Source: Chiloscyllium plagiosum
Lineage: Eukaryota
DNA length: 64,000 bases
Assembly: GCF_004010195.1 (NCBI RefSeq)
Contig: NC_057750.1
Coordinates: 19,198,229 to 19,262,228, forward strand
Reading direction: 5' to 3'
The notes under the pieces are model-generated. The model had not been told where the DNA came from. It was given only the letters and a program-made list of their open reading frames with translations, and did not search any database. Made by a program: the position numbers and the translations under genes. Positions 1 to 13,625 of this stretch are shown here, one piece after another (the stretch's first letter is position 1; the number at the start of each line of letters is the position of its first letter).

Positions 1-187
1 CAGAGGTAGTATAGGCAGGCACGGTCGCTTCTATTAAGATGCATCTGGATAGATGCATGAGTAGGTGAGGAGCAGAGAAATACAGATGCTTAGAAATTTA
101 GTGGATTTAGACAGTGGATTTGGATCGGCACAGGCTTGGAGGGCCGAAGGGTCTGTACCTGGGCTGTAAATTTTCTTTGTTCTTCTT
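1..187 (+). mobile_element. CR1 LINE 3' end
   Basis: ORF2 C-terminal remnant followed by the gggccgaagggtctgt...gctgta 3' tail. Confidence 0.7.
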
Positions 188-1504
188 TGTTTTTTATGAT
201 CATCGTAATGATTACCATTGCATAAACAATGTTCCTATTTCTTTAAACTGTCCATCTGGATGGCTCACTCTGAATTCCTCTGACCTTGTACAACTACCAT
301 CTACCTCTGGCTGTACCTTTTTTCTCAATTTCTACTGGACTGTGTGAAATCTTGTATTTTTTGCCACACTTCTCCAAGTGTTTCCCCATCCCTCTTACAG
401 ACACTTGTGCTGAGTTCTGATTAACCCACTGGTATCAATGGTGCCCATTTATTACATATGACAGGTTACTATTCTTCATTGGTGAATCTAGACAGTGAGG
501 AGAAAAATGTATAGTGCATAGTTACAATGGTGGTTGCCTTCACTAGTGTCCTCCTCACTGAGCCCCACATCTCCTTACACAGGGAAAATGGCAGCACTTG
601 TTTGTTTGCATGCCACTGTTTTGGCATGATACCCAAAAAGGTCAGTGACTGAACAGCACGACTTCCTCTCAAAACTGGATGGAATGTGGTTATAAAGAAC
701 AAAATAATCTGACTCATGTGCTGCAGCTTGTCCAAATGGAATGTGTGTAATGGTATCCTGGGCAACCAGGACCACACCCTCCGCTGTGGAATGGGAATGG
801 TCCACCACCCACCAAAAGCAATGGAACCAGCTTGCTTCACATCAACTCTTTTCAATACATAACCAGGTCAGTACTGGTGTTCATAGTCTGTCTGATCGTG
901 TTATAGGCTGACAAGGATTTCCTGCTGTCAAAAACATCAATGCTGACTTTTGTCCGGTGGAGGCATGAGCTACTCTTGCCTGATAGCATCCTTAACAGAG
1001 TGCAGTCACTGATCTTAACCAAAGGAACTGAACTGAGATGCATTGATATTTCTGTGAAGATTCCCAGCTCCAGATGGGAATAATATTTTTAAAACCTCCT
1101 GGCAAAAATACACTGTATATGAAAGTTAGTTTTGCTTCTGGAATCTATTTTAGACTGAGCCAGAATAAATTTGAGTACTTCTTAAGGTTTTTGAAACAGG
1201 AACTTAACAGTGTTCCGTTTTATATCCAAGCACTTTTATCTGATGAGATCATCCAGTGAACAGCCAGTACTTGGGCCTCAGTTCACAGGGATACAGTCAA
1301 AATCTCCAGAACTGACTTTACCAAACTAAATCTTCCAGTGTACAAACATTATTGACATAGGTTTGTTTCTGTTCTGGAGAGTCATCGCAGGGCCCCTAAT
1401 TGGTGTCTTTCACCTGTGAGAGCAACAAATCCATTTCTACACTGGTGTCAATTGTGAATCTCTGGAGAGTGCTCTCAACTCTGAATCTGGATGTTGTAGA
1501 TTCA

Positions 1505-1600
1505 AGGTTGAGAGTGTGGTGCTGGAAAGACATAGCAGGTCAGGCAGCATCCAAGGAGCAGGAAAATCGACGTTTCAGGCATAAGCCTTTTATCAGGAAT
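1505..1600 (-). mobile_element. Penelope-like terminal repeat fragment, family A
   Basis: Matches the reverse complement of the terminus at 52860-52955; hammerhead core degenerate. Confidence 0.75.
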
Positions 1601-1639
1601 CAGATTGTAGGTTCAACTCCACTTCGCAGATGTTGGTGG

Positions 1640-1900
1640 AATATTTAAGCAGTCATCCTAGAGCATTACAGAAGGATTGTTACACTGCTGGAGGAATGTT
1701 AAATCAAAGCTCTGACAACCCTCTCAGGTAGACGTAAAAGGTCTCAGGGTCACTATCTCAAAGAAAAGGAGGAGAATTCTCCCAACTATCATGGACAATA
1801 TTTATCCTTCAACCAGCATCACTAAACGCATTATCTAGCCATTAGCCAATTGCAGTTTCTGGAAGTTTCCTGTGCCAATTGACTGTCATGCTTCAGACAT
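1640..1900 (+). mobile_element. Deu-domain SINE (SacSINE1/AmnSINE1-like) fragment
   Basis: gacaatatttatccttcaaccagcatcactaaa...attatct Deu-like core. Further degenerate copies lie near 2370-2520, 43350-43560 and 48230-48390. Confidence 0.55.
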
Positions 1901-3904
1901 TAAGGATAGTTTGGGCAAGGGGTTCGAAAATTATTGAAGGTAGATGGGAATGTGGAATTCACAACACAAACAAAACAGCCATGATGTTAATGAGTGGTGG
2001 AGCATGTTTGAGGTCCCAAATGACAGACTTTCACTCCCACTTTATGACTTTATTAAATGTAGAGTGATTTGCTGTACCCTGAGGTGAAAAGTGCGATATA
2101 GATGAACGTTTTTTTCTCCTGTTGTGCTACTTTTGTTGCACACAGAAAACAGCTTGACTCTGAGATCATGGTGGATCCACAGGAATGGAAACGTAACCGC
2201 AGGTTTGAGAGACCTGAATCCATGCTCCTTGGAACCTGAGCTGGGTCTGCAGCAGTTTGAAGTGCTTGTTAGATAGACTATCAGTTGAGAAAAGTGCAAG
2301 CTTTCTCTTAGGAATTCCTTACGAAAACTCCAAGGTCTGGTTTCCATTTCAATTTCAAATTTGGGAATAAAACGAAAATTTTGCATCTGTGACACCTTTC
2401 ATGACCACAGGACGTTCTAAAACACTTTTCAGCCAAGCTCTTTTTGAAGCACAGTAACTGCTGTAATGCAGGAAATACAGCATCCATGAGAGCATAGCAA
2501 GATCCCACAAATGAGATCCCTGAAGGTATTAGCCAAAGTACATATGGCGTGAAGAAGCCTCCTCTACCACCACCTCTACCTTTTGTTCTGTGGTACTTTT
2601 GATCTTTAATTTCCCTGATATGCCCTTTTGTTTTAGCAGCATAAAACCTATGACTTTCCCAAGTCCCTTCAGTTCCAAAGAATCCATTAGACTCGAAATG
2701 TTTCCCTCTCCACAGATGCTGCCACACCAGCTGAATTTCTCCAGTACTCATAAGTTCTATTCAGACAGCGGTGGGACCTTGTTTTAAGGTCCAATCCAAA
2801 ATAAAGTACCTCCAACTGTATCGTGCTCTGGAGTGTCAGCTGAGATACTTATTTTTTGCTCTACTCCTGGTAAGGGATTTAAATTCATGACCTACAGACT
2901 TGGAGCTACGGATGATACCGGATGAATCAGGCAAATGAGAGAGGCTGGAAGTTGGCAATATCACCCTTCCCTCTACTACTCAGCTGCTTTCTATAATTAG
3001 GTTTGAGTTCACATTAAGTTCACGGCCAGGGGCCTACATTTGGAAAGCTCTCAAGAAATTGCAGAACAAGGGGTTTCCAGTGCCTCCCCTCCCCCCTTCC
3101 ACACCCACCCACCCCCGCCCCCCACCTTTGGTGATATCCGAGAAAAAAATGTCCAAATGTGAAAGAAGGAAGAAACCTCCTCTGGATCATCATAGGCAAA
3201 GATTGTCTGATGTCCAAACGGGTAAATATGAACAAGGAACAAGAGTAGGCAACTTGCATTCAATAACATCTTTGCTGATCTGGCTTTAACCTCAACTCTG
3301 TTTTCCTGCATATCCCGGTAATCTTTCATCCCCTTGATAATCAAAGATCTATCCACTTCTGCCTCAACCATACTTAAAGTTTCTGCACTTATTGTCTTTT
3401 GAGGAAGGGATTGCAATTCTCAGAAGTGCATAGTAAACCATGAATGTTTCCCACCAAGCCTGTTGTGTGTTTCTGTTTGCATGTGTATGTATATCTGTAC
3501 GCTTGACTTTGAGTAATGTTTGTTGACTCAGTATTCACAGTTGAGTAATTTGTGAAAAATTCCTGCTGAGGTTCAAACTTATGGAAAGGGTGGTTGAAGA
3601 ATGTGGGAACCTCAGCATTCAGAGAGGATGGGAGAATCAGATAGCACCTCTGCACCAACATAACCACGTCCTCCACCCCTTCACAGGAACTCCCCCTTGT
3701 TGACATAGGAACCAATCATTTAAAACCGCTTGTGTACCAGACCCAAACTCACTCACAGAAATGCAGTGTTTAAATGAAAGAGCACTATTATATCAGCTGT
3801 ATTGAAGCAAGTACAACTCTACAGCTTCAGGGCACACCCAAATGTCTGAAAGAAAAGGGCCTTAAATAAAATTCCAGTTTCCCACTGAGTTCAGTTCATA
3901 CATA

Positions 3905-4250
3905 CTGGTTGGTGTTTGTGTGTTGTACAGAGCCCTTTGACAAGTCCATCAGGCAGAGAGGGGTGCCTATTCCAGGCAGTGGAGGCCTTGATTCAAAACC
4001 TCCCTGTATACAGCTGGTGTCGCTGTTTTCTGCTCAGATTCACTGTCAGTGCACAGACTCATGAGCGTTTGTGACCAGCTCAAACTGGCCAAGGTAAATT
4101 GAGGCAAGAGTGAGGCCATGTTTGGGAACTGGGCCGACTGATCTTTGATTACCTTGTCTGTCAGGACAGATTCCCTCAAGGTGTTGGGTATATGGTTCAG
4201 AGGGGTGAGGGTATGCGCCAAAATCTGGGGGGAGTGTATCGCCAGTTTTC
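3905..4250 (+). mobile_element. Tx1/L1-clade LINE reverse-transcriptase fragment
   Basis: Degenerate EPFxxSIR...KTSLY...DQLKLA...KVN...AMFGNWADRS...KVLGIWF; paralogous to 5845-6060. Confidence 0.7.
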
Positions 4251-4744
4251 ATCTGTAAGCATTAATGAGAACTCGGATGCTGGGAGAACAACACATTTCA
4301 AAGGACACCTGATAATCGATCATAGTTTCATTTTCATCATTAGACTTTTAATTCCAGATTTTTAAAATTAGAATTCAAATGCTACCATGTGCTATGACAG
4401 GATTTGAACATTACCTGGGTCTCTAGATTATTAGTCTAACAATAATGCTGCTAGGCCATTACCTACCCTTTTGCCAAAGTACAATGAGGGTCTATTCAGA
4501 ACCCCTTTTGGCCTCAAAATCTATGTAAATATTTTTCTGTACAAGTAGAAAAATATCTTTGTCTGCAACCACAGGGAAGCTCTGAGGAATGTCCAATTTC
4601 AATGTGTTTATATTTTCCCTCTGCAATGGCTCTACAGAACTGTTTAAGTACATTGTGCATGTACATTTTTTTTAAAAAAAGTGTATTTTTGCAAAAAAAA
4701 AACTGAATGGTGTTTGGCAACCAGTCTCACGCATGAATGCAGGC

Positions 4745-6060
4745 TTCCAAGGGCATCACCAGCTGGGTAGGGTCTGCTTGAGAGTCAGTAATTCACCCCG
4801 ACCAAATGTGTGCTCTATTGGGTGGGAAGATGCCTGAGGGCCTCATGCCCCTCAGGAATACGATCACTTTCATTCGGTGTAGTGGGATGGACACCTAGCT
4901 CACTAGCAGGATACTTTTTGACAGGATATTGCAGACCCATATGAGGGATGTACTCTCCGAAATGTGCTTTGGCAAGGGAATCTCAATTAGATCCGACTGC
5001 TTTACACCAAAATAAGTCGTGCAGTCTCAATCAATGGGTAGGAATCATAAAGTTTCTCAATCAGATCTGGAGTCAGGCAGGGCTGCCCACTCTCTTCTGC
5101 CTTGCTTGAGTGTTGTACAAGTAATTCTCAGATAACGCGGATTTGGGCAGCGCGATTTGTTTATAACGTCGCTGAGGAATTAAGGAACGGGAGTTCCGAG
5201 AACTCTTACCTCTGTTCGCAATAGCGCGATTCCAATGGGGATCATTTTGCACGCTTCGTTTGGTGCAAGCGCCGACGCCAGCTGATGACAGAGCAGCTTT
5301 CTGTGGGAGATACTGTACAGAGAGCAGCTTTCTGAGAGAAATACATTGAGTAGCTTCCTGTGAAAGGTACAATACTCCTAGATTATCGTTGTTTTTGAAA
5401 AGATGGAGGGGCATAGTGGCAAGACTGTTTCCTGGTGATAAAATTGCAGGTGGTAAATGCAAAAGAAAGGCTGTAACACTGGAAGAGAAGCTTAATGTTA
5501 TAAAGCGTTTTGAGTGTAAAGGAGAGAATATGTGATACAGCTTGCTTAACAGGAATGAGGGAGTCTACCTCATGCACCATGATGACCATCTGTCCCTGCA
5601 TTAACAATATCTTTTACATGTACGGTGTTAAATTTACTTTTGTTTTATTGATAGATATGATTTATACCTTCACTCAGGCTGTGCTATACTTTGTGTTAGA
5701 CTTTTGGGTGATTTTTGATGTGAGTGGTATTTTTGGCTGGACTAATCCCACTTTTTCCATCAGCCCCATTATTTTATTAAGTGATTTTCTGTTCAGCGAG
5801 GTTTTTCTGGCATGCAACTACAGCATTATCGGAGAACCCATCTGCATAGAGCATTTTGCTGAGTCCATCAGGAAAAATGTGAGCCTGAGAGGGGTGACTA
5901 GTCCAGGCAGCACAGGCCTGCAGGTCAAAACCTCCCTGTACATGGAAGACGTTGCTGTTTTCTAGCTCAGATCTGCTGTGCACAGTGTGCAGATGCACAA
6001 GCATCTGCGACCAGTTTGAACTGGCCTCAGGAGCTAAGGTAAATTGAGCGCATGCAAGCA
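4745..6060 (+). mobile_element. Tx1/L1-clade LINE RT fragment split by a Tigger insertion
   Basis: VIHPDQ...SGVRQGCPLS lies before 5117, and IEHFAESIRK...VKTSLYMEDVAVF (YMDD motif decayed) lies after 5845. Confidence 0.75.
5118..5844 (+). mobile_element. Tigger/pogo (Tc1-mariner) internally deleted DNA transposon
   Basis: Imperfect TIRs (caagtaattctcagataacgc / gcattatcggagaacccatctg) with TA/CA flanks. CENP-B-type HTH remnant KRKAVTLEEKLNVIKRFE near 5460-5520. Confidence 0.75.
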
Positions 6061-6394
6061 TTCCTGACAGAGATAATAGGGGCTCCTCCTCGCTTCTCCT
6101 CTCCCTGCCTCTTCACACCATCACCTCCCACACCCCCATCACCAGCACCGCCAAATCTGCCATGCAGACATCATTAAATTCTGATTATTATCTCCGCAAT
6201 CTCCTCGCAGTGACACCAGACTTTTTAATCCCAGAGCTTCTTTTGTGGTCACTTAAGCCGAAAATTCAAAGTTAGTCTTCAAGTTATTGTACAGTTCAAA
6301 TTTCTTCATGGCTTTGCTGCTCCTTATCTCTAACCACCTCCAGGCCCACAGTCCTTTCTATAATTGTAACCTTCCCTGGCCCCACAATCCTTTT

Positions 6395-6585
6395 TGGAAT
6401 GAACTGCCAGAGGAAGTGCCAGAGGAACATTTAAAATGCATCTGGATGGGTACATGAATAGGAAGGATTGAGAGGGATATGGGCCAAATACTGGCAAATG
6501 GGATTAATTTAGGATATCTGTTCAGCATGGCCAAGTTGGACTGAGGGGTCTATTTCCATGCTGTACAGATCGATGACTCGATGAC
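6395..6585 (+). mobile_element. CR1 LINE 3' end
   Basis: WNELPEEV...HLDGYMNRKGLEGYG-like segment plus the CR1 tail. Confidence 0.75.
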
Positions 6586-7198
6586 TTTCTTTGTACGTCT
6601 CTCAGCCTCCACAAACTTCTCTGTCTCTGTAACCTACTCCAGCCCAATACCCCTTCTGATCTCTGTAACCGCTACCAGCCCTTACAATCTTCCAATCTCT
6701 ATAATTTCCTCCAAGCAAAACATTCCTAAGTTATCTAGGTTTCTCTAATTCTATGATCTATTGCCATTCTTGATTGAAATGAATCCATGATTGGACTTCC
6801 AGCTACTATTCCCCTCAGCTCTAGAATTCTTTCGTTATAAATCTCTCTGCCTCATTACCTCTTTGTCCTCTTGTAAGATGCTATTTGAAACTTACTTCTC
6901 TGACTCATCGTTTTTACCCACCACTCATAGTATCTCCTTATGTGGCTCAGTGTCAAACATTATCCAATGACAGCCCTGTGGTGCTACATTAAGGATACAA
7001 CACCATTACAAGTTGTTGTTGTATGGCAAAACCAAGTTTTGAGGAGTGGACCGTAGTTGTCCTTTGTTGACTGTGACTTTAATGTGAAACAATTAAATAC
7101 TCTGTCACACCTCTGAGACTTATTGAGGCAGGATGATAAAATCTCAGGATGGATTATTGCCAATAAACAATAGATCCTGTCTGAATATCACAGATTGA

Positions 7199-7541
7199 AA
7201 TCATACAATCTGTACAGTGTGGATTTGGCCTAATGAGTCCACATTGCCCTTCCGAACAGCGTTCCACCCAAATCCGCCCCCCACCTTATCCCTGTAGCCC
7301 TGCACTTCCCATTGCTAATGCCAAAACACATCCCCAAACACTATGGGTAATTTAGCATGGCCAATCCACAGAACTTGCACATCTTTGGACGGTGGGAGGA
7401 AACCAGAACACCTGGAGGAAACCACACAGAAAGGGGGAGAATGTGCAAACCCCACACAGACAGTCGCCTAAGAGTGTAATTGAATTCAGGTCTCAGGTGC
7501 TATGAGGCTGCCGTGCTAACAACTGACCCACTGTGCCACGC
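7199..7541 (-). mobile_element. HE1/V-SINE
   Basis: tRNA-like head, V-domain (gtttgcacattctcccc...ggtttcctcc) and CR1-derived tail. Confidence 0.8.
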
Positions 7542-7856
7542 TAAACTCGGCAGTGGTATTTATAAATTCACTCAAGTTGCAGTTTGAAAGCAATGTTCAG
7601 AATGGGTAATGGTATAATGCACAGATAGGTGCTACTGCTGTGGTTCAGGCCTCACAGGGTTCCATAGAATATGTGATTCACCACATAAGAGACCATGTTT
7701 TCTTTTAGACTATAAATTGGAAAATGGAAGTTTCCTGATTTAGGACCAAAGTATCAGGAGTGTTGTTTGCAATTTGAAGATCAAGCGAGGTTGCACGGCG
7801 TACACTTTGGTTATTTCTAATCATATCTTACCAAACTTGCCTTATTAATGAGCCTC

Positions 7857-8292
7857 ATTCCTGATGAAGGGCTTTTGCTGGAAACATCGATTTTTTTGCT
7901 CCTCAGATGGTGCCTGACCTGCTGTGCTTATCCAGCGCCACCTTTTTAAAACAGGCCCTTTGGCCCAACAAGTCCACACCGACCCTCTGAAGAGTAACCC
8001 ACCCAGACCCATTCCCCTACCCTATATTTACCTAACACTATGGGCAATTTAGCATGGCCAATTCACCTGACCTGCAAATCATTGGATTATGGGAGGAAAC
8101 CGGAGTACCTGGAGAACACCCACGCAGACACGGGGAGAATGTGCGAATTCCACACAGATAGTCACCTGAGGCTGGAATCGAATTCGGGGTCCCTGGTGCT
8201 GTGAGGCAGCAGTGCTAACCACTGAGCCACCGTGCCACCCCGAACTCTAATTCAACTCTGATTCTCCAGCATCTGCAGTCCTCTCTTCCTCC
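7857..8292 (+). mobile_element. Penelope-like terminus (family A) interrupted by an HE1 SINE
   Basis: ctgatgaagggcttttgctggaaac at 7861; the element resumes at about 8242. Confidence 0.7.
7950..8241 (-). mobile_element. HE1/V-SINE
   Basis: Near-consensus copy, matching the other copies in the window. Confidence 0.85.
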
Positions 8293-9424
8293 TGGACTTA
8301 AGTACTGCTGAACTTGGCTTCCAAACTGATTTTTTTCCCAACCATAATATTTGTGTTCAAATGTCTGTTTTTGTCTGTCTTATTTGTGAATTAATATCTG
8401 TGTATTTAGGATTTTAAAGGGGTGCAGCTTAAGTCACACAGTAGTAATAAGTAATGCATTTTGTTTACTGTTTACTAACGAATAAGCCTTTTTGGAATAA
8501 AGTTATTTTCCTGGTCATAACAAAGTCTGGTGTGAATTATTTTTGTCACGAATAGCAATTAGTTTTGCAATTTGATCTGTGCGGTTTAATTGGGTTGTGA
8601 CACATTTAAGACCAAAAGACATAAGAGCAGGAGAAGGCCATTTAGCCCATTGGGTCTGCTCAATCCTTTAACGAGATCATGACTGATCTGATAATATTCA
8701 GCTCCACTCTCTTGCCTTTTTCCTATATCCTTGACATTTATGACAGCTTGTGAAATAATGGGGCTTGACTATTGGCGTAATATTCCCAATTGATTTGTGA
8801 CATGATCTCATGTGTACACAGTACAGATGACCAAGTGCCAACCCATTGTCTGACGAGACAGAAAGCTGCTCAAGAATTGATTGGCATTGTGGAACCCTGT
8901 AGAACAAAATGCCAGGGGATTATCTCCTTTGATAAAGCATTAAATAGCTTTGTACACAAAAAGGTTATGATTACAGTTACAAGTCAGTAGAGGAATTAAG
9001 AAAGGATTTTAAACAAAGCGATCTCTTATAACTTAATGTCGTATTCATTTCTGATGAAAGGCTATTGATATGAAACATTAACTGTCCTCCCACCACAGAC
9101 TGCTGAGTATTTACAATTATGATACTTGCCAAGAATGTGTTGATATTTGCAATGTATGGTAGAACAGCTGATATCACCCTTTGTTTTCCACATTGGAAAC
9201 TGAATTACATATCAATAAGAACAGCCTCTGTGTGTTTTTTTCCAGTTCAAAGCACCATGTAATCATGCCTTAATGGATGGGATCAAATTCTTTGTATGCC
9301 TCATTTGAATAATCCAGGACTAGAATGACTTTGCTATTTCTAATCTCCACACAAAATTATTTTAAATCTTGATCTCTGGTCAAGATAATTTCCCACTACT
9401 AATGGATCTCAGACTATTGCCCAA

Positions 9425-10142
9425 GAAGACCATAAGATATAGGAGAAGAATTAGGCCATTTGGCCCATCAAGTCTGCTCTACTATTTGATCATGGCTGAC
9501 ATGTTTCTCAGCTGCATTCTCCTGCTTTCTCCTCATATTCCTTGATCCCCTTATTAATCAAGAAACCAACCAACTCTGTGTTAAATACACTGAATGACTT
9601 AGCCTCCACAGCTTTCTATGACAATGTCTCCCACATATTCACCATCCTCTGGCTGAAGAAGTTCCTCACCATTTCAATTCTGTGCCCTCAGGTGCCAGTC
9701 TCTCCTATGAGTGGTGACATTTTCTCCATGTCTCCTCTATCCAGACCTCTCAGTTTTCTGGAAGTTTCAATCAGATCCCCCACTATCCTTTTAAACTCCA
9801 TCAAGTACAGACCCAGTGTCCTGAACCGCTTCTCATATAACATGCCCTTCATCCCTGGGATCATTCTTGTAAACCTCTTCTGGACCCCTTCACCACCAAC
9901 ATATCCTTCCTTAGATACAGGGCCCAACACTGCTCACAATATTTCAACTGTGTTCTGTCCAGAGCCTTATACTCACCTCTTATATTCCAACTCTCTCGAA
10001 ATGAATGCTAACATTGCATTTGCCTTCCTATCCACCAACTGTACTTACGTGTTAATGTGAAAAGAATCCTGAACTCGGGCTCCTTTTCCAGATTTCTGAA
10101 GCCTTTCCCCATTTAGAAAATAGTCTATGACTCTATTCTTCT
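9425..10142 (-). mobile_element. CR1 LINE 3' fragment
   Basis: EGVQKRFTRMIPGMKG...LGLYLMEFKR ORF2 C-terminus plus tail. Confidence 0.85.
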
Positions 10143-10473
10143 AACAGCATCCCCTTAAGCTTTCTGCCTGACCTTTCTAAGTGTCCCTAGATATGCAGTT
10201 ACCAGCCCTCGTCGCTTTTTAGGCTGCTTCAGTGTGCTTCCTCCTTGATGTTACGGACTCAGAGAATGGTTTGGCAAGTGTGATACCACAACCGCTTACA
10301 AAACCAAGAAGCCGTGATTCGAACAAAAAGTGAATTTTGTCCTAACATTGTATGATTTATTCCGCTTTTATAATTTATGTAATTAAAATGGTGCGGCTTA
10401 TGGAGCTAATATACATTTTGCTATATTTTCATAAATACATGTAACAATAAATTACTGTTACTATATAAAGATT

Positions 10474-11830
10474 AGAAGACATAGTAGCAGAAGTTAGGCT
10501 ATTCAGCCCATTTAATCTGCTCCACCATTCAATCATGGCTGATAAGTTTCTCAACCCCATTCTCCCGCTTTCTCCCTGTAACCCTTGATCCTGAAGAACC
10601 TATCTATCTCAGTCTTCTGTGGCAATGACTTCCATGGATTCACCACTCTCTGACTGAAGATGTTTCTCTCTATTTGCATTCTAAAAAGTCTTCCCTTTAC
10701 TCTAAGGCTATGCCCTCATGTCCTAGTCTCTCCTACCAATGGAAACATCTTCCCAACATCTACTCTGTCCAAGCCATTCAGTATTCTGTAAGTTTCAATT
10801 AGATCCCCCTCATCCTCCATTGAGTATAGACTCAGAGTCCTCAAATGTTCCTCATACGTTAAACGTTTCACTCCTGAGGCCATTCCTATGAACCTCCTCT
10901 GAACACACTCCAGAGCCATTTCCTGAGAAATGGGGCCCAAAACTGCACACAGTACTCCAAATGTGGTCTTCCCTGAGCCTCATAAGCTTCAGAAGTATAT
11001 TCCTGCTTTTATATTTAAGTTCTTTCAAAATAAATGCCATCATTGCATTTGCCTTCCTAACTGCTGACTTAATCTGGAGGTTTACCTTGAGAGAATCCTG
11101 GATAAGAATTCCCAAGTCTCTCTGCACTTCAGACTTCTGCATTTTTTCCCCATTTAGTAAATAGTCCATGCCTCTATTCTTCCTACCAAAGTACATGACC
11201 TCACAATTTCCCACGTTGTACTCCATCTGCCACTTCTTTGGTCCTTCTCCTAATCTGTCCAAATCCTTCTGCAGACTCTGCACCTCCTCAATGTTGCCTG
11301 TCCCTCTACCTATCTTTGTATCATCTGCCAACCTAGCCAGAATGCCCTTCCCTTCATCTAGATCGTTAATGTATAACACTGAGCCTTGTGGAACACCACT
11401 TTTCACCGGCTGCCATCCTAAGAAAGATCCTTTTATCCCCACTCTCTTACTCAGTAGCGTCCTGTGCAGCACCTTGTCAAAGACCTTCTTGAAGTCCAGG
11501 TAGATAACATCCATTGGCTCTCCTAGGTCTAACCTACTTGTTATTTCCTCAAAGATTTGTCAGGCATGGCCTCCGCTTGATGAAAGCATGTTGACTTTGC
11601 CCTATTTTACCATACACTTCCAAGTAGTCAGAAATCTCATCCTTCACAATGGATTCCAAGTTCTTACCACAATCGAGGTTAGGCTAATCTGTCTGTAATT
11701 TCCCATTTTATGCTTTAGTCCCTTTTTAAACAGGGGTATCATGATTTTCCAGTCCTCTGGAACCCTTCCTGATCTTCGTGATTCCTGAAAGACCACCACT
11801 AACACCTCCACTATCTTTGCAGCTACCTCC
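10474..11830 (-). mobile_element. CR1 LINE RT fragment
   Basis: DVIYLDFKKVFDKV, SGVPQGSVL and LADDTKIG motifs; frameshifted. Confidence 0.9.
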
Positions 11831-11984
11831 CATATTTTTAACCATATCTCTGTTATGATTATCATATCCTACCCATTTATATCAGCTTGTGCTCTTGATT
11901 TATCTGTCTTGCTCTTGATTCATTCAGCTAAAGAACTTTTAGTTTTGCATTTTTTACTATTCTCTTCTCTCTGAACTTACTTAG

Positions 11985-12345
11985 AGTAATAGAATCATAG
12001 AGATGTACAGCACGGAAACAGGCCCTTCAGTCCAACTTGTCCATGCCAACCAGATATCCTTAGTTAATCTAATCCCATTTGCCAGCACTTGGTCCATATC
12101 CGTCTAAACCCCTCATAATCATATACCTACCCAGATGCCTTTTAAATGTTGTAAATTGTATCAGCCTCCAACATTTCCTCTGGCAACTCATTCCATACAC
12201 GCTCCCCCCTCTGCATGAAGGCGTTGCCCTTTAGGTTCCTTTTAAATCTTTCCCCTCTCACCCTAAATCTCTGCCCTCAGTTCTGGACTCCCCCACCCCA
12301 GGGAAATAACCTTGTCTGTTTATCCTCACCATGTCCCTTATGATT
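11985..12345 (-). mobile_element. CR1 LINE 3' end
   Basis: Same subfamily tail as 41598-41970 and 54066-54712. Confidence 0.8.
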
Positions 12346-12706
12346 ATGTCGTATGCTCTGTCCCTTCCTATCAGACTCTGGTTTCCATATTATTACTCTG
12401 CATTCCTGAATTGTCATTTCTCTCACATCTCCCGTCACATGAACCATTTCAGCATTCAGTTTAAATCTCTTGTTTTATGACATGTCAGGATACAGGCCTG
12501 AAGCACCTCATGAAGGAGGGCATGCTATAGCAGATGACATAAGGCAGGGGAATGAATCTGTTCTCCTGGGACACTTCCGGCTGTGTACAGTGTTTGGGAA
12601 GCAGAGGGTCAGAGCCAGGTCCCATGAGACATTGGACACAAGGAGCAAAGTCTCTGTTGGTAATGAGAGATCCAGGAAGGGGCATTGGAATACTTGTTCC
12701 AGCACT

Positions 12707-12988
12707 GGGCACACAGTGGTTCAGTGGTTAGCACTGCTGCCTCAGGGACTAGGATTCGATTCTTGCATCAAGCGATTATTCATGTGGAAATAGCATGCTC
12801 TCCCCATGTCTGTGTGGTACTCTTCCTCCTACAGTCCAAAGATATGCAGGCTGGATAGATTAGCCATGGGAAGTGCAGGGTTACAGGGGTAGGGAAGGGG
12901 GCGTGGGTCTGGATGGGATATTCTTCAGAGGGTCCATATGGACTTGATGGAACCAAATGGCCTACTTTCACACTGTCGGGATTCTATG
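12707..12988 (+). mobile_element. HE1/V-SINE (diverged)
   Basis: tRNA head cagtggttagcactgctgcctca and CR1-type tail. Confidence 0.75.
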
Positions 12989-13487
12989 GATAGGCATGCA
13001 GCTGCTGCGTACCTAGGGAGATTGACTGTCAGCACCTTTGAGCCAGAGAAACCTCATGGAGATAAAAGGAGAAGAGAGCTGTAGCCAGGAGCTGGAGTAG
13101 GGTTCCAGATCAGCCAAGAGCTGGAGTAATGTTCCAGAGTAGCCAGGAGCTGGAATAGTGCAGAGCAAAGCCATAGAGAGTGACTGGGAGTTGGAAAGTG
13201 ATTGTGGAGTGAATGAACTGCTGCAGGAAACCTAGATGGCCCACCAACTCCTGAGCTCAAGAGAAGGTACATCACTTTTGTGTCTGGAAAATAAGTAATC
13301 GTGTCACATGATCAGAGAAAGTTTGCAGTTGGAATTCCACCGACGGAACTCTGCTGTATAAAGCTCAGGTATAAAGATCTGCAGAAATATTCTGGAATAT
13401 CAGGTGACCATCCAGAGTATATAGATCATTCCTCTGAATTACATGCTTCTAGTAGCATCTATATAGTTTTGTAACCAGTGGAATAAA

Positions 13488-13625
13488 GTTCTGCAAACGA
13501 GTCACACAAGACTCAAAATATTAATTCTGTTTCTCTCGCCACAGATGCTGTCAGACCTGCTCAGTTTCTCAAGCATTCTCTGTGCTCATTTCAGATTTTT
13601 ATCATCCACAGTAGTCTGCCTTTAA
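13488..13625 (+). mobile_element. Penelope-like terminus, family C (degenerate)
   Basis: gagtc-acacaa-gactc-aaaa hairpin followed by ccacagatgctgtcagacctgct. Related copies at about 2670-2760, 19400-19465 and 48397-48495 (minus). Confidence 0.55.

Noticed and set aside
469..1400. Several short ORFs, possibly a degraded retroviral pol
   Set aside because: No recognisable YxDD, LPQG or other motif and no convincing splice structure.
9542..10060. Long plus-strand ORFs such as 9542-10060 and 36266-36799
   Set aside because: Antisense frames of CR1 ORF2.
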